A stretch of 64,000 nt of DNA. Origin: Psilocybe cubensis (taxonomy: Eukaryota). The DNA is taken from NCBI GenBank assembly GCA_017499595.2, contig CM038998.1, positions 2,666,001 through 2,730,000 on the forward strand. Reading direction: 5' to 3'. Below, in pieces: positions 29,134-41,900 of this stretch. Position 1 is the first letter of the stretch. The number at the start of each line of letters is the position of its first letter. The notes below the pieces were generated by a model that made no database searches, was not told the DNA's origin, and worked only from the letters and a program-made list of their open reading frames with translations. The translations under genes and the position numbers were made by a program.

Positions 29134-30827
29134 ATGGAAGGAGAGAAAAAAGAAATCCTACGCAAGGTATTTTAATTGTTAAGTCGTAGCTGAACTATGT
29201 AACGCATCTTTTCAGAAGTGTCGTATTACATCATCGAAATTACAACCGGCGGCGGAGTTTCTAGAACTTCCTCACGACATCCACCATCTTATCATAAGCC
29301 AATTTCTTGATCCTGTCGACATTCTGTCGCTCGCGCATACCTCCAATGCTCTCCGACCTCTTTGTTATGACCTGTACCTACAACGTCAAGGCGTCCTTCA
29401 AATTGGTATTCGTTCTGCCAACATCTGCAAGCGCCACATGACTATCAGGATCACAGAATATATTCCTCGCTTAGCTCTTTTCATCCTTATGTCGGCCCTC
29501 TCCCCTGACCATTTTTCCCGAGTTCGCGCTTGCTTGTGGATTGATCTGGCCTCTCTGTTTTACTTCGAAGACATGCTATTCAACTTTCTTGAGGAATCAC
29601 AACTTGTTGTCGCAGGTCTTTATTTCTCATATGGCTGCAAGTCCCTTCAGGCGCTTTCCTCCGAAGTCCCAGGACGGATGAGCAGACTTTTAGCCTCAAT
29701 CGGTACATCCTGCACTCTCCTGCATATATGGGAACGATCAGAAAGCAACCAAGCCATGACCGCTGTGCGTTTTTCTAGGGCCAACTCCGGCTCTAATTGT
29801 ATACACAATATTCACTGTGTAGCAGACTCTGTTCTCTCTATGGATTTGATGCTGTCCATTTTTGATTCACCCTCAACCCGTACCCTCGCGCCGCTGTTAC
29901 TCAAAGGATCATCCATCACGTCTTTAGTGTTATCTTGTGCCAACACCGCCATACTCCTCAACATCCTTGATGACATACAAATGCCAGCGCTGTTGACGAT
30001 GGGCCTTTTTGTTTTATCAGATTTGTCTGGAATCTCTTTCCCATCCCAATTTTTCTCTCGACATCCAACTCTACAGCGTCTAACTGTAACAAACAGCGGC
30101 AGTGAACCTGTCAATGACGTCCCTCAGGAATCTTTTCTCAACCTTCCCCCTCTTCATACCATCACCATTTCATCCAATTATTATGGGTGGACAATGACTG
30201 ACGAGTCACTGCTGTCGTCCGTCGTTGTTAAACCGACCAATTTCCTTTGCCCCAATAACCACATTTTCTGCGATCAGGTCCGGTTGCTTGTGAGAGCAGC
30301 CACCCGTCAGTCAAACTCATCAATCCCACACTTCCCGTTTTGTCTACACTTCCCTGGAAGGATTAGATATCATACGCGGACATACGCCGACTGTATATGC
30401 TTTCCCCAGAGCCATGAGCAGCTCGCATTCAACATTTATGCTCTGATCATTCAGCTTCCCTCCATCGTTGTTGCTAGTTCCAAGTCAGAGGACTGGGCAG
30501 CTTTCAGTGTATGTCCTAATAATATGTATTCTTTAACAATGCGTTGATGCTTTTTCCGTATAGATCTACTTATCAAAGTGGCTAAGCTGGTTTCCTGACC
30601 TAAGGTCGCTTCGAATCACCTATATCAACTCTTCGGTCGACGCGGGCTCCCAACTATTGTTGGCGCAACGCCTGAAATCTCAATGTTGTACAAATCTTCA
30701 GGAGTTCGAATGCGGCACAGAAGAGGACCACACCTCATGGCATTTTCAACACAGTCATTGGATTCAAATGAGCCGGTCTCACCTTGGTACGGTAACTTTA
30801 CCCATGTTTGCTCGCCGTGTAGAGTAA
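29134..30827 (+). CDS. F-box protein with degenerate LRR-like region (paralogue 1, 3 exons)
   Basis: MEGEKKEILRK|KCR..EFLELPHDIHHLIISQFLDPVDILSLAHTSNALR; last exon IYLSKWLSWFPDLRSLRI. Confidence 0.75.
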
Positions 30828-31018
30828 TTACGGTTTATGAGGCTGTGGGCGTCTTATCTTTTTCGCAAATCCATATAAATGTGCTGCAAATTTTTTTAAA
30901 TTTATAATAGTATAAAGCGAAAGTTCACTTGTGAGCGACATGACATGCGTGTTACTGAACATAAATTCTAAAGATACTGTGGGATGAGACTCGAACAAGG
31001 TGAAGGTACGAGCGAAAT

Positions 31019-31198
31019 TTAGCGACCACAGGAGGCGCAGGTGCAGAGGTTGTCGAGGATAGAGAGGGGCGAGGCGGCGGCGTTGGAGGACGACTCGGAG
31101 CCGCCTGAGAGGAGCGGGATGCCGAGGCCCGGAGCGGGGATGGGCGAGGCGGTGACGGTGAGGAGGAGGGAGAATGCGAATTTGACGAGGGCAAACAT
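31019..31198 (-). CDS. 59-aa small ORF with signal peptide and Cys-rich tail
   Basis: MFALVKFAFSLLLTVTASPIPAPGLGIPLLSGGSESSSNAAASPLSILDNLCTCASCGR*; C/A-rich leader and TATA-like element upstream. Confidence 0.5.
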   Translation of the reverse strand: MFALVKFAFSLLLTVTASPIPAPGLGIPLLSGGSESSSNAAASPLSILDNLCTCASCGR

Positions 31199-31539
31199 TC
31201 TGGTTTGGTTCGGGATTGGTTCGGGATTGGGTTGGGTTGGGGTTAGGTGGGTTGAGCGAGTGAGTGAATGTGTGTGCTTGTAAGCGCGTGGTTTATCTGC
31301 TCTGCAAAAGGTGTTTGAATGTTGGGTTGTGAAATACTGAAACTTGCCCGTCCAGAGCCTGAGCTATCTATACGTCGAGCGGGCGGTGTTTGAGCGTTGC
31401 TCGTGGCGGGAAATGAGTATGCGAATCAACTCACGAAAGTAATAGAAGCTGTGAAGGTGTTGACGGTTACAAGAACTCGGGCGTTAGTTTTAGTTTTATA
31501 AAAGGAATGATAGATGTATAATAAAAATGACGTGCGGCG

Positions 31540-31701
31540 TCAGAACGATCGACGACTGACTTGACTTTTTGACCTGACTTTCCACGGACGGGCAGACGCG
31601 TTCTGGACGACGACGGCAAAGTACAGAAAGAAAAGAAATGTAGACACGAGGCAGGCCATGGCGAGGAGGAAGGAAAGCGCGAGTTTGACGAGGGCGAACA
31701 T
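31540..31701 (-). CDS. 53-aa small hydrophobic/basic ORF sharing leader and N-terminus with 31019-31198
   Basis: MFALVKLALSFLLAMACLVSTFLFFLYFAVVVQNASARPWKVRSKSQVSRRSF*. Confidence 0.4.
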   Translation of the reverse strand: MFALVKLALSFLLAMACLVSTFLFFLYFAVVVQNASARPWKVRSKSQVSRRSF

Positions 31702-32347
31702 TCTGGTTTGGTTCGGAGGGTTAGGTGAGTTGGATTTGTGGTTGAGCGAGTGAGTGAATGTGGGTGCTTGTAAGCATGTTGTTTATCTGTGCAAAACTCG
31801 CCCGTCAAGAGCCTGAGCTATACAAGCTGCAAAGAAGCCGCCATCCGGCAAAAGCCGCGCTCACCCAGTCCTTCGCTTTGCGAAACAGAGGGAAATATTG
31901 CTGGCTAAGCTACCTAAAGTGGGCTCGTGCAAACTTACCCGATCTCCTGAACGAGGCGTCCGTCGACGGTCTCTCTGGAAAAGCTCGTACTTCTTGCCCC
32001 CAATATCTCCACCGCAAGGTTGAGGATTGCCCAAGGGTCTTGATCCACCGCATAAGCGGGTTCCGACTCGCAGAGCTAACGCGGTCTGTTCGTGGTGCGA
32101 CTGTTCATGGTGCCGCTTCTACTCGTGTATGACGCCGCGCTATAACACAGGACCAAGGGTCAAAGGTACGATCAAACTTGTTTGAACGTGATAAATGAAG
32201 CCTTCCTTGTCAAGTTAACACGTAGCTAGTTGAGTCAGCAATTCCACGAAGCCGCCCACAAATTGTTTCACATGGTTGTGGATAGAGAGAAAAGCATGGA
32301 TAAAAAGGACAAACTATTAAAGTACAGGATTATACAGGCGGTCCATA

Positions 32348-33990
32348 CTACAAATGCAATTTCCAGCGCCCTCCGTCAATTGACCATATTCTGGGTTTGC
32401 TATCTATTATTGCCCCTGATTTAAATAAATGCAGGTTTTTACAGTATTGAGATCGGAGATGTTCAAGCGTCGCTTTCTCGGTAAGCTGAAGGTCACCTGG
32501 AAGCCGATCCACGCAATGGGATATGGTAAGGGACATCAGGTCCGGAAACCAGCGAAGCCATTTTCGAAGGTATAGCTATAGTACATGGCTGAGTAAATTG
32601 TTAGATATAAAAAACATAAACGTACATGGAGATCTGAAGTAACAGCGTAAACATATATGCGTAAGTCCTGAATGTTGACCGCCAGATCTTCGCTTACACC
32701 AGCAAAACAGGTGCATGTTTTCTGGGATAACATGGTTGTATGTTCCGAGAGAAATGCTGGAAAGTCAAGTACATGGGAGTAAGGGGGAGCGGGGGTTCCC
32801 TTATAGCGATTTATTGGCGCAATAAGTGACCTCATCGCAGTACAAATTGCACCACTAGAAGAGGGGATAATGGTATTCAGGGGGTGCACTTCGATGGAAG
32901 CTAATGAAGATACGTCAGTCATTGACCAGTTAGAGTAGTTTGCGGAGAACACGGCTGTAGTGAGAGGGGGGAGCTCGAGGACGGGGCGTTCACTGTATGG
33001 AACGGGGTTTGTCGTCAAAATATCCACTTCGTTCAGGAGGGAAATATGCCGCACGCGTGGATGTCGTGAGGAGAAATGAGGTGGGAGTATAATCGAGTGA
33101 ACGTCGTTAACTGACACTGTCAACGTCTCCATGAAGGGAAGATGAAGATCCTGCAGTGCATCACAAATCATTAAGTTGGTAGGAGAGGTCAGGTTGAGCT
33201 TAACAATGGAGGTGGATCCCTTGAGTAAAAATGGAACAAGTTTCTGCATTGCATATGGTTGGAATAAGGACAGATCCAAGTCAAGTGATAGAAACTGGTT
33301 CATTGAGTCTTTCGCCTTAGACTCGATAAGACGGTGCTGACGATGAAAGGAGGTCAATTTCGAAAGGGCCCGTTTGCCCGACTTGCCAGATGGAGAAAGA
33401 AGTCCTCTCCTTGCGCACCGGTTCGATCTGGCGGCATATTGGGAGGACTTGCTACGAGAGCCATTCTTCTGGGCCTCCACATTGAGCGACATGCAACTTG
33501 TTCCCAACGATGCAAGAAGGGTAATAAAGACGGAGGGTAACCGCTCGGAAGTGCTGAAAGCCGGAAGGTCGTGATAATTAAAATAGAGGGAAAGGCTGAA
33601 AACACTGATGCGAGATTCCAAAAAATGACATATAAGGTCCGAAAAGTCAAGGAGCGAGACGACGTCCATGTCAATGCTCGCATGAGTAGCTGGCGAGAAA
33701 TGATTTTCAGGAATCGCTGATAGTAGGATATAGATGGCCAGAAGAGGGACGCTATCCAGGATTTTAATTCGAACGCGAGATTGGCTGGTGTGGGTGACAA
33801 CCTTGTGGTGAAGCAGATACATATCAACACATCTAAGGCGGAGGCCTTTGCATGTGCGTGCCATTGACAAAATGTCGTCAGACTCAAGATATTCGTCCAT
33901 CAATAGATATTGTATATCGTGAGGAAGGGCCAGAAACTTGAAAGATGATATGACTTTACGCCTCTGAAATTTGGGTTCGGTTGAGCTCAT
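32348..33990 (-). CDS. F-box protein (paralogue 2), convergent with paralogue 1; may have an extra 5' exon
   Basis: FKFLALPHDIQYLLMDEYLESDDILSMARTCKGLR; FSSRHPRVRHISL; last exon LYLRKWLRWFPDLMSLTI after an intron at the same position as paralogue 1. Confidence 0.78.
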
Positions 33991-35539
33991 GTCAAAGACA
34001 TAAATTATCTTTATCAAACATACCTTCACCAATGAACACCGCACTACTGACTCATGATCAGTCCCTTCAGAAGTACACTGTGACGTTGTCAAGAACGAAT
34101 ATGATAGTTGATTGGTGATAGCTTACTAAGTTGTGCTTGCGTTTTCGGGAATTTGATGCAACCTTGGAGTAGCGCTTGAGAGGAGCAGATGAATTCATTG
34201 CAACGGTCTGAATTTTGATTTTTGATTTTCAAGACGAGTATTCTCAGCCTTATAACGACTTCAAGACAATAAAATACCAAGGAATAAGACAACAATTTCT
34301 TTATTACTTCGAGCAACGAATGCCGCCGCCGTACTTCTTGAATCAAAACGTCATGGGCCCCGAAGATACCGGGGGCTTTAAACTCAACTATCATATCATT
34401 CCGTTGTTCGTTTTGTCTGGTTCATAAGCAAGGGTCAAAAACAACACGGCAGGACACAAAAAGGATGCGGTATACTAGAAAACTCAACTATTGTGTAGCC
34501 AGCGGTGCCAGGGAGAGGATGGCAACCGTCCGAGTGTAATCTTTTTAGTCGGTTTTTCTGTATTTTAATCCATGGAGACTTTGAGACTAAGAGTCGTTTT
34601 GCGAGCGCTTCTCGTGCCGGAATGAATTGCAGGAGTTATTCTTAACATTGATCGTTGCATGTGGCGCTACTCAATAGGATGGCCCAACACTTTGACACAG
34701 TTTGACAGCAACTAAAATTTGGCGCATTGATTGGTACCAAGATTGGTGGAGGGTGAGAGAGTTCGTGTCGAATGCCAGATGATGTAAGCCGGTTACCTTC
34801 ATGTTCAAGGTACATGCTAGTAAGCAACGGTAAACACAACTACGGCAGCAACGAAGCTGCCTTTTCGAGTTTAACAAAGTGGTTGGAGGGTTCACGTTGA
34901 CAATGTCAAATAATAATATAAGCAAGTTTCTCCGCAGACATGCCAAATTGATTTCACGTACGATGGTTCATATTTTTAGGAAATCTAATGTGATACACAA
35001 TCACTGCAGACTATTACAACTGTATCATAAGTATAATTAGATTGACTGGGGATGCACAGTGTCTGCTAAAGTTTATCGATAGCTTGTTATTTGAGAACGA
35101 GGAGACCCCAGTGGCATTCCGACAGGCGAGAACTCATATGCACAAGCCGATCGGTGCGGTTGGCGTGTTCATCGATCACTATACATCGTGTTGGATGGAA
35201 ACAGCGACTTTGCGCATATTTGGTTGCTGTGGGTTTCAGCCTTCAAACAAACAACAACATTTTGAATTCACAACGTTCACACAAATTGGCATTCATTTAG
35301 TCCTACCCCAGAATGAGCGAAATCAGTTTTAATATGTATGAATGGTCGTTCTCAGCGCCAAAAAACAGTTCAATATTGCTGGAAAGCGCTTACCGTGATA
35401 CGGCCGCACCTTGCTACCCAGCAGACGATCCTTCCCCCCCTTCACGGCCCCAACAAACCACTCATCAACATCATTCGCTCCTTTTACAGGTGCATGAGCT
35501 GCCCAGGCCCAACGCCCAGAAAATGCCGGTGCGTTCTTC

Positions 35540-36802
35540 TTGTCCTTTCTAGCCCACATCCTTCTTATCACAACATCTAAGGCTCCATCGCAAATTCCAA
35601 GTGTTCCCAATGGATCGACCCTCTCCTCATTATCCAACGCTCTAGACTTTCCCCCATGTCCCAACGTCTTAGTTACTTCGTTACCCAATGGTACAGTTTC
35701 AGCATCCAGCCCCCAGAATCCAATGGCCCAAGCTCCAGTATCACGAATCAACGTGGGACGTTCCAAAGAATCTCAACGGCGTACTGTCCCGCGACACACT
35801 GTCTCACAGCCCAGCGCCCCACCACCCATTGCCTCACGGCCCCTTGCCTCACGGCCCCTTGCCCCACGGCCCCTTGCCCCGCCATCTTTGCCGCAATTCA
35901 AAGCCCCACCACCATCGTCAAGGTCTTCTAAAAGTTCACGACGAAAGTCTGTTAAACCGCAGGTAGTTATGGAACCACTTTCGTTATCTTTTCTTCAGCG
36001 GGGCCCTTTACAGCAGCCGACCCCCAATATCCCAACCTTGTCGCCAACTTTTCACACCCCGACGACATCCTCTCTACCATGGGCCTCAACCTTTCTACCA
36101 GATCCAATTTCCTTAGAGCCAGTTCACTGCCCGGTTTCCTCAACGGAATCTCCACCACCACAAAGCAGCTTCTTGACGTCGCATGTGATGCCGTCACAGC
36201 CGCAGCCAGGGGCAACCTCCTCGCAAACGACTTGCATTCCAGTCGATTCACCAGTCACTCGCCCGCACGGGCAGCCGCGTTCTACCACACAGAACACCGT
36301 CGTAGAGCTCTTTGTCAATGGTGCATCGTCGGAGAGGCCGTTGAAACGTAAACGTGGTAACCAATATGACTCTAGCCTTTGCTCACCGGCCTCTGCTTCT
36401 TCAAGCATATCTTCAAGTATCACCGTGGATACACAGATAACCAGCCAGCACCCCAATTCTACCCACACCACCACAGCTGCAAGCTCCACCATCGATAATC
36501 AGCATGCAGGGAAGCTTTATGTCCCACCGACCACTGCAGCCACTCCCTCTGATGGCCTGGAGTGGTCAACAACAACTTCCGAGTCGCCTTTGTTGAATCG
36601 CCTCCTTACCTTGCAAAGGGACCTCAAGGTTATAATATCAGAAGCATCGTCTTCTGGAATCATCGGATCGCAAATCCTGTCGGCAAAAACTTTAGTCAAC
36701 GTGGTGAATAATGAGGGTAGGAATGCTGAGATTGATGCCAGTGAGTGGTTTTACAAGTTGTTAACCCAGTTGCTCGGACAACTAATCTCGTCCTCCTTTT
36801 AG
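35540..36802 (+). CDS. Pro/Ser/Thr-rich, probably disordered protein with NLS-like PLKRKR and a helical C-terminus; 5' end unclear
   Basis: 420-codon open frame; internal 15-bp repeats (ASRPL/APRPL). Confidence 0.5.
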   Translation: MSFLAHILLITTSKAPSQIPSVPNGSTLSSLSNALDFPPCPNVLVTSLPNGTVSASSPQNPMAQAPVSRINVGRSKESQRRTVPRHTVSQPSAPPPIASRPLASRPLAPRPLAPPSLPQFKAPPPSSRSSKSSRRKSVKPQVVMEPLSLSFLQRGPLQQPTPNIPTLSPTFHTPTTSSLPWASTFLPDPISLEPVHCPVSSTESPPPQSSFLTSHVMPSQPQPGATSSQTTCIPVDSPVTRPHGQPRSTTQNTVVELFVNGASSERPLKRKRGNQYDSSLCSPASASSSISSSITVDTQITSQHPNSTHTTTAASSTIDNQHAGKLYVPPTTAATPSDGLEWSTTTSESPLLNRLLTLQRDLKVIISEASSSGIIGSQILSAKTLVNVVNNEGRNAEIDASEWFYKLLTQLLGQLISSSF

Positions 36803-37179
36803 TACCACAATGTCCACGCTGCGAAAAGATGGCCAATTTACACGCACTGATTCGGGAATGCATATAACCCTGAATGTTGGGCCAGTAGCGGCAGAAATCC
36901 TTCAGGTTTTACAGCTCTCCATAAATTCTATTGTTGGTACCTTGCTTCCCCCCCGCTTTCCTGCTTTCTTACCTAGGCCATGATAAGTACATGTATGATT
37001 CAGTCTTCATTCTATGACCATTTGTATATAGGAATATAAATATCTTTCCATGTCTTCGCTGCCTAAGTGCACATAACTGCTGAGATTCTGAAGGACCCGG
37101 TTAGTATGAAGAAAATATAGAGGGTGAGCTCAAAAAGGTTGGGTAGCTGAGGCAAAGATTCAGATGTCCAAGACAGGGC

Positions 37180-37208
37180 GCAGTGTATGTCCGTGCCCGA
37201 ACATTCCT
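37180..37208 (+). repeat. 29-bp motif identical to 54147-54175
   Basis: gcagtgtatgtccgtgcccgaacattcct occurs exactly at both sites, each with ggcaaag a short distance upstream. Confidence 0.9.
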
Positions 37209-37419
37209 ACGCCCGAGAAGACTGGACAATCTACAAAAGAAAAGGGGGGATGAAGACACTAGGCGAAGACTTACTAGATCCTCGGCAAGATAAACTTGAC
37301 ACGAGGCTGCTAAAAAGTGACGGTAATGTCACAAGTATGGCCAGTCACTTTGATGACACAGGTGAGAAAGTAGATTAGATAAGTTTTCCAGATTAGATAG
37401 AGCTGGCGACTCATGAGCG

Positions 37420-37787
37420 CGAGCCTGTACACATCTAATCTGGCATTGCTCTTCCAATCCGCCGCGGCTTGCTTTCACCATCGCAAAAGTATATGAATAA
37501 TAGAATGTGTTTAGTCCTCCTTGTAAATTACAAAAGCTACTCAGCATCAGTCTAATACCTTGTACAGATCCAACAAATCTTGCATTCTGCTGTTCCGAGT
37601 CCAGGTTGTGTAGGAATATGATCTGAAGGTCAAATGTAGATATGCAGTGGAAAATGAGTTTGTCACCTTGAGAATACACCGATTTCTGACGACGATCCAG
37701 TATGAATAGGGTTGAGATGTTGAATGAGCAGTTGAACAGTTCGACGGCAGATGGGAGTGAATGGAGGTTACATTGGGGCGAGGTAGA
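37420..37787 (+). repeat. Dispersed direct repeat A, copy 2
   Basis: Matches 17045-17313, with an extra ~97 bp (about 37447-37543). Confidence 0.9.
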
Positions 37788-38208
37788 ACCGACTCGTTAA
37801 GTAACTGTAAAGTTTAAAAGAAATGACAAAATATAATGTTCATGGTAGATTCATGGTAGAGATAAGGATGAGTACTTTTGTATTGAGACAAGCTGCTCGT
37901 CTCTGTTTGTTACACAAAAGGAAGGCGACTGAAGGATATTGCGCTCAAATCATCTTTACAGAAACTCGTTCGTGTTGCGCAATACGGTCTATTCAAGCAA
38001 AGAGACGGGCGGGGGGATGAGTCCATGAACGTGGGGCCGGGAAAATGTATTGCGTTCAACATTTGGGATAAACCCACACCCACAACGAACAAACGACTAT
38101 TACAGCAGCTATTGGACAAAATATACTATATCGATTTCTAACTGACAACGTAGCTGATCAGCACGGCATCCGGTGAATAATAGATTGAATTAGTGATACC
38201 CTTTGAAA

Positions 38209-39518
38209 TTATTCTAGAGCTTTGCGCTCCCTGCACCGGAAGTGGCAGTATTTGCAAGTGAAGTGCGTATAATGTGCATTGCTTCCAGCCCCAGAAAAGT
38301 GGTGGCTCCCATTACGCTCTGGAATGCAATCCGGAACGGTATGTTGTTTTGGGTATGCAAAGCCTGTGTGCTCGATGACTTCGCCTTTCCTCAGTGTCCT
38401 AGAGGAACTCGTCGATACAGCTTCGGGAGATTGTTTGTCTGAAATTGATTTGTTTGAAAGGCAGTTGCCTTCGGGGAGAGACTTGGTTGTCAAGGAGGGA
38501 TGTAAACCTGTTGGTACATCCACGATGGCGCAAATGCGTTCTTTTGAGAGCCGATGCCGCTCTGAATGACCATCAAGGTTATTGAGACTTCACGGGCCAC
38601 AGAGACATCCTTACCACGTTTAGCCTCTTGACTTTCCTTGATCGCCTTTCGCAAAGCTTCCATAGCGTTCTCAGCCGAGACATACTTACCACTTTGAGCC
38701 TCTTGACTTTCCTTGATCGCCTTTCGCAAAGCTTCCATAGCGTTCTCAGCCGACTCTGATTCCATGTAGCGGAGAGCGATGTGATCCTGTTGGTGCCAAA
38801 CATCTTTTGAAAACTTTTGGACTACGCTCTTCAGATCCTCGTTTGAACCTCGAAGTTCTTCAATGTCGGCTTTCTGAGCTTCAATTTCCTCTCGCAGAGT
38901 TTTGACCTGATTCTCTGAGCAAGCTTGACGTACGGCTGCCTGCATCTTCGCACACTCAAGTGCCTCCCGCGTTTGTTCCAATTGAGATCGGAGATCCTTC
39001 AATTGTTTGTCTTTGAGCATTATTGCGTCGACACTTTTATCGAGTGAGTCTACCAAATGAACGTTGTGTTTGCGGCTCAAAGCCAGCTCCTTGAGGGCCT
39101 TTTCCTTCTCCTCCCTGACTATGTCCAGGGCCTCCCGGAGATTCTGCATTTCGCCAAAGCATGCTTCCTCTAATGGCGAAGGGAGGGGGTTTTTCAAACG
39201 GGCTACACTGGTTATGAAAACCTTCCGGATGCAATCCACAGATTCTCCTGGAACTCAGCATCAGTCTACAACACGATACAATTCAATCCCAATCCTGCCG
39301 TACTCGGTAGAGCCACCTCATACCGACAGGTAGGGCATAAGAGACTTTGAGATTCCGTCGCATTATATTTCCAGTGATTTTTTATACAACTTTCGCAGTA
39401 GATATGTCCTAACTCAATTGTTAATCGCAGTAGAAATGAGATTATTGGAAAGTGCTCTACCACAGGGAAAACAAAATCCCGTTTGTTCAATGACTTCAAG
39501 ACAAACGACACAGTCCAT
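38209..39518 (-). CDS. C3HC4 RING-finger + coiled-coil protein with a C-terminal His/Cys motif (putative E3 ligase, 4 exons)
   Basis: Spliced MDCVVCLEVIEQTGFCFPC|GHIYCESC..LCPTCR..P|RESVDCIRKVF; long heptad-rich region; final exon ..HHFSGAGSNAHYTHFTCKYCHFRC. Confidence 0.75.
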
Positions 39519-41399
39519 GGCTTAACTGGTGGGAACAAGTTATAGACCGGATACACAGGTGTATGTGCAAGGAAGAGCGGGAAACATCGGCGCGTGAGAA
39601 ATACAGTACCAAGTTATAGAGTTGTTCCCATACAGAGTCGGTTATAACTTAAGTGTAATTTCCGGACGAGGCAGCCCCGAGCCTAATTCATGGACCTGCC
39701 CTATAATCAAACTTTCCCGACAGGCTCATAAATCAGGACTTGCTCCTGGATTAAAGAAAAACGAAAGTTTAAATTGAATCAAACAGTTTTTGATAGGTCT
39801 ATCTTTAAAATACTCGACCATGATATGTAGATGGCTGCGGCGACATGAAAAAATGTGATGGTGTTTTAGCACATTTAGGCGAATTTGGGTTGAGACTGAG
39901 GGTATGAAAAATCAAGGGAAGCGAAACTCTCATATGAAACCCCTTCTTGGGCGGGTGGATGACAGTCACACAACGACACAACTTTGAACTGTCAAAGCTA
40001 AGTCTGCTTTGACAGCGGTGTGGCGCAATGCGGTGTAGCGGAGCTCGATCCGGAAGAAAACTCTGTTGGGACCAACTTAACAATTCAAGACCCGCCTTTA
40101 TCTTAAGTTTGATCTAGGCCCACATCACTTCTCTCAGGATCCTGAGCTGAGGGGACAAGCACCCAGGATCAGGATCTGTTTTGTAACATCACACTGCGAT
40201 CCAGGATGCCGATGATGACAGACCCTAAGTATTTTTGCACGAACAAAAGTTAAGGTGAACAGAGGCTCTGTATTATAAGTTATAGTGATAGTCAACACAG
40301 GGCTATTTGGGTCCATTATCCGTCTACCTACCTACCTCAAATCAAATTGTGGGAAAATCCAGTACAAAACATTCGGCCAAAAGGGGTACCAGGGCTACAT
40401 AATCACATCGCTCTTTCAAGGTGAGAACGCTTACTCTCTCAAAAATTGCGTCCCTGACCAGGCGCAAAGCAGAGCGCACCAGAGCCTCCAGCATCCTTTA
40501 ATTTTGGCAAGCTTTCATGAGCAAACGGGGCGATATATGATAAACCTTTCGTAGAGTCACGAGTCACCTGACAATTTTGCAGAGCCATTTGGCTGCCCAT
40601 GCAACTATAGCGAGAAGCTCTGTAGCTATAGTACTAGTCTAGTATCTCACACATTTTCTAGACTTATTAACACATGCTTGACAGGTTTCTCGTTATCAAA
40701 CGCCGCTTTAACACCAATTTCGCACACAATATAGGATAAGGGTGCCGGTTGAGCATGCAACGGCAGCCTTATGACCTGTACGTGGTCTCCAAGCTCCGAG
40801 TATCTGTGATCCATGCATGAGGCGAAGGCATGTGACTAGAAATGGGATAGAGCCTAGTAACCCCAGACCTAAAGCTCGGTCGCCGATGAGAGGAGTCAAA
40901 ATGGCAAAATGAGAAGCCATTTTGCTTGACATTCATTTGGTTAGGTTCGGTTAAGGACATCAAAATTGAAAGGTAATCAACATGGTAACGGAATAGTGAG
41001 CATGTACCGAAGCCCGAGAATGGCGACATCCTCGACAAGGGTATTTCGAGCTGTGGAACGTCGTGGAGGCCAATCTATCCGCGCCCACTTTCTTCCCCAA
41101 CATATCCTGTTTATATCCATGCCATTTAGCTATCCTGTTCATCGGCCACCTCCAAGACCTGCAAAACTCTGAGGCTTTTGCTCGGGAATCCAGGACCGGT
41201 CGACTCCAGAGCTGCACAAAACCAATTTTCACACGGCTTCGGTAAGAACGGCACGGAATGTTGTATGTCGGCCGTTGATTACACAGAGTTCTTAACAGTC
41301 AAGTGTTTCTTCAGATGACAAGGATCTTAACACAACGACAGAAAATAAACAAGGCACTATGATCATCGTGATGTAATCGGGTTAATCACAGTCTCTGGG

Positions 41400-41900
41400 T
41401 CGCTTCAGGGGACAGTATCTGACAAGCTATCCGCTTCCAAGAATCTTGTTTTACCAGCCAGGTGGCAGGGGTGGAAGTGCTCAGACATGTGGATAGGAGG
41501 CGGGGTAAGATCCCTAGACCCCATAGGCTGTGCAGGCTTTGCAGAGTGGAGGTGGAGGACGAGGTGCACGCCCTGTTGCGCTGCGATAAGGTGTCGGAAG
41601 CGCTACGTGCGAAGCGCTCAGCTTTTCTGAGTAAAATGGAGCAGGCTTACCCCGCGTGGCGCTGGCAGGATCACTCGAAGGAGAAAGAATAGCGCATATT
41701 AAAAAATCTGTGCAGCCGCGATCAGACGATTGAGGCGATGGCCGCGTACACATCACACACCCTCAAAGAATTTGCAGAAGTGGAGGTGCTCCGGCATCCA
41801 GTGTACAGAGGGGCGGTACGTCTAGACGATCAAGAGGTGGACGATCTGACAGACACGGAGGATGCGATCTGGCTGATTCTGGAGCATGGTTGCATAAAGC
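41400..41900 (+). mobile_element. Decayed non-LTR retrotransposon (LINE) ORF2 C-terminal zinc-knuckle fragment
   Basis: VEVLRHVDRRRGKIPRPHRLCRLCRVEVEDEVHALLRC (CX2CX8HX4C) followed by an in-frame stop. Confidence 0.8.

Noticed and set aside
31019-31198. Mating pheromone precursor
   Set aside because: It ends ..ASCGR*, so Cys is not at -4 (no CaaX); it has a signal peptide, and no STE3 receptor is in the window.
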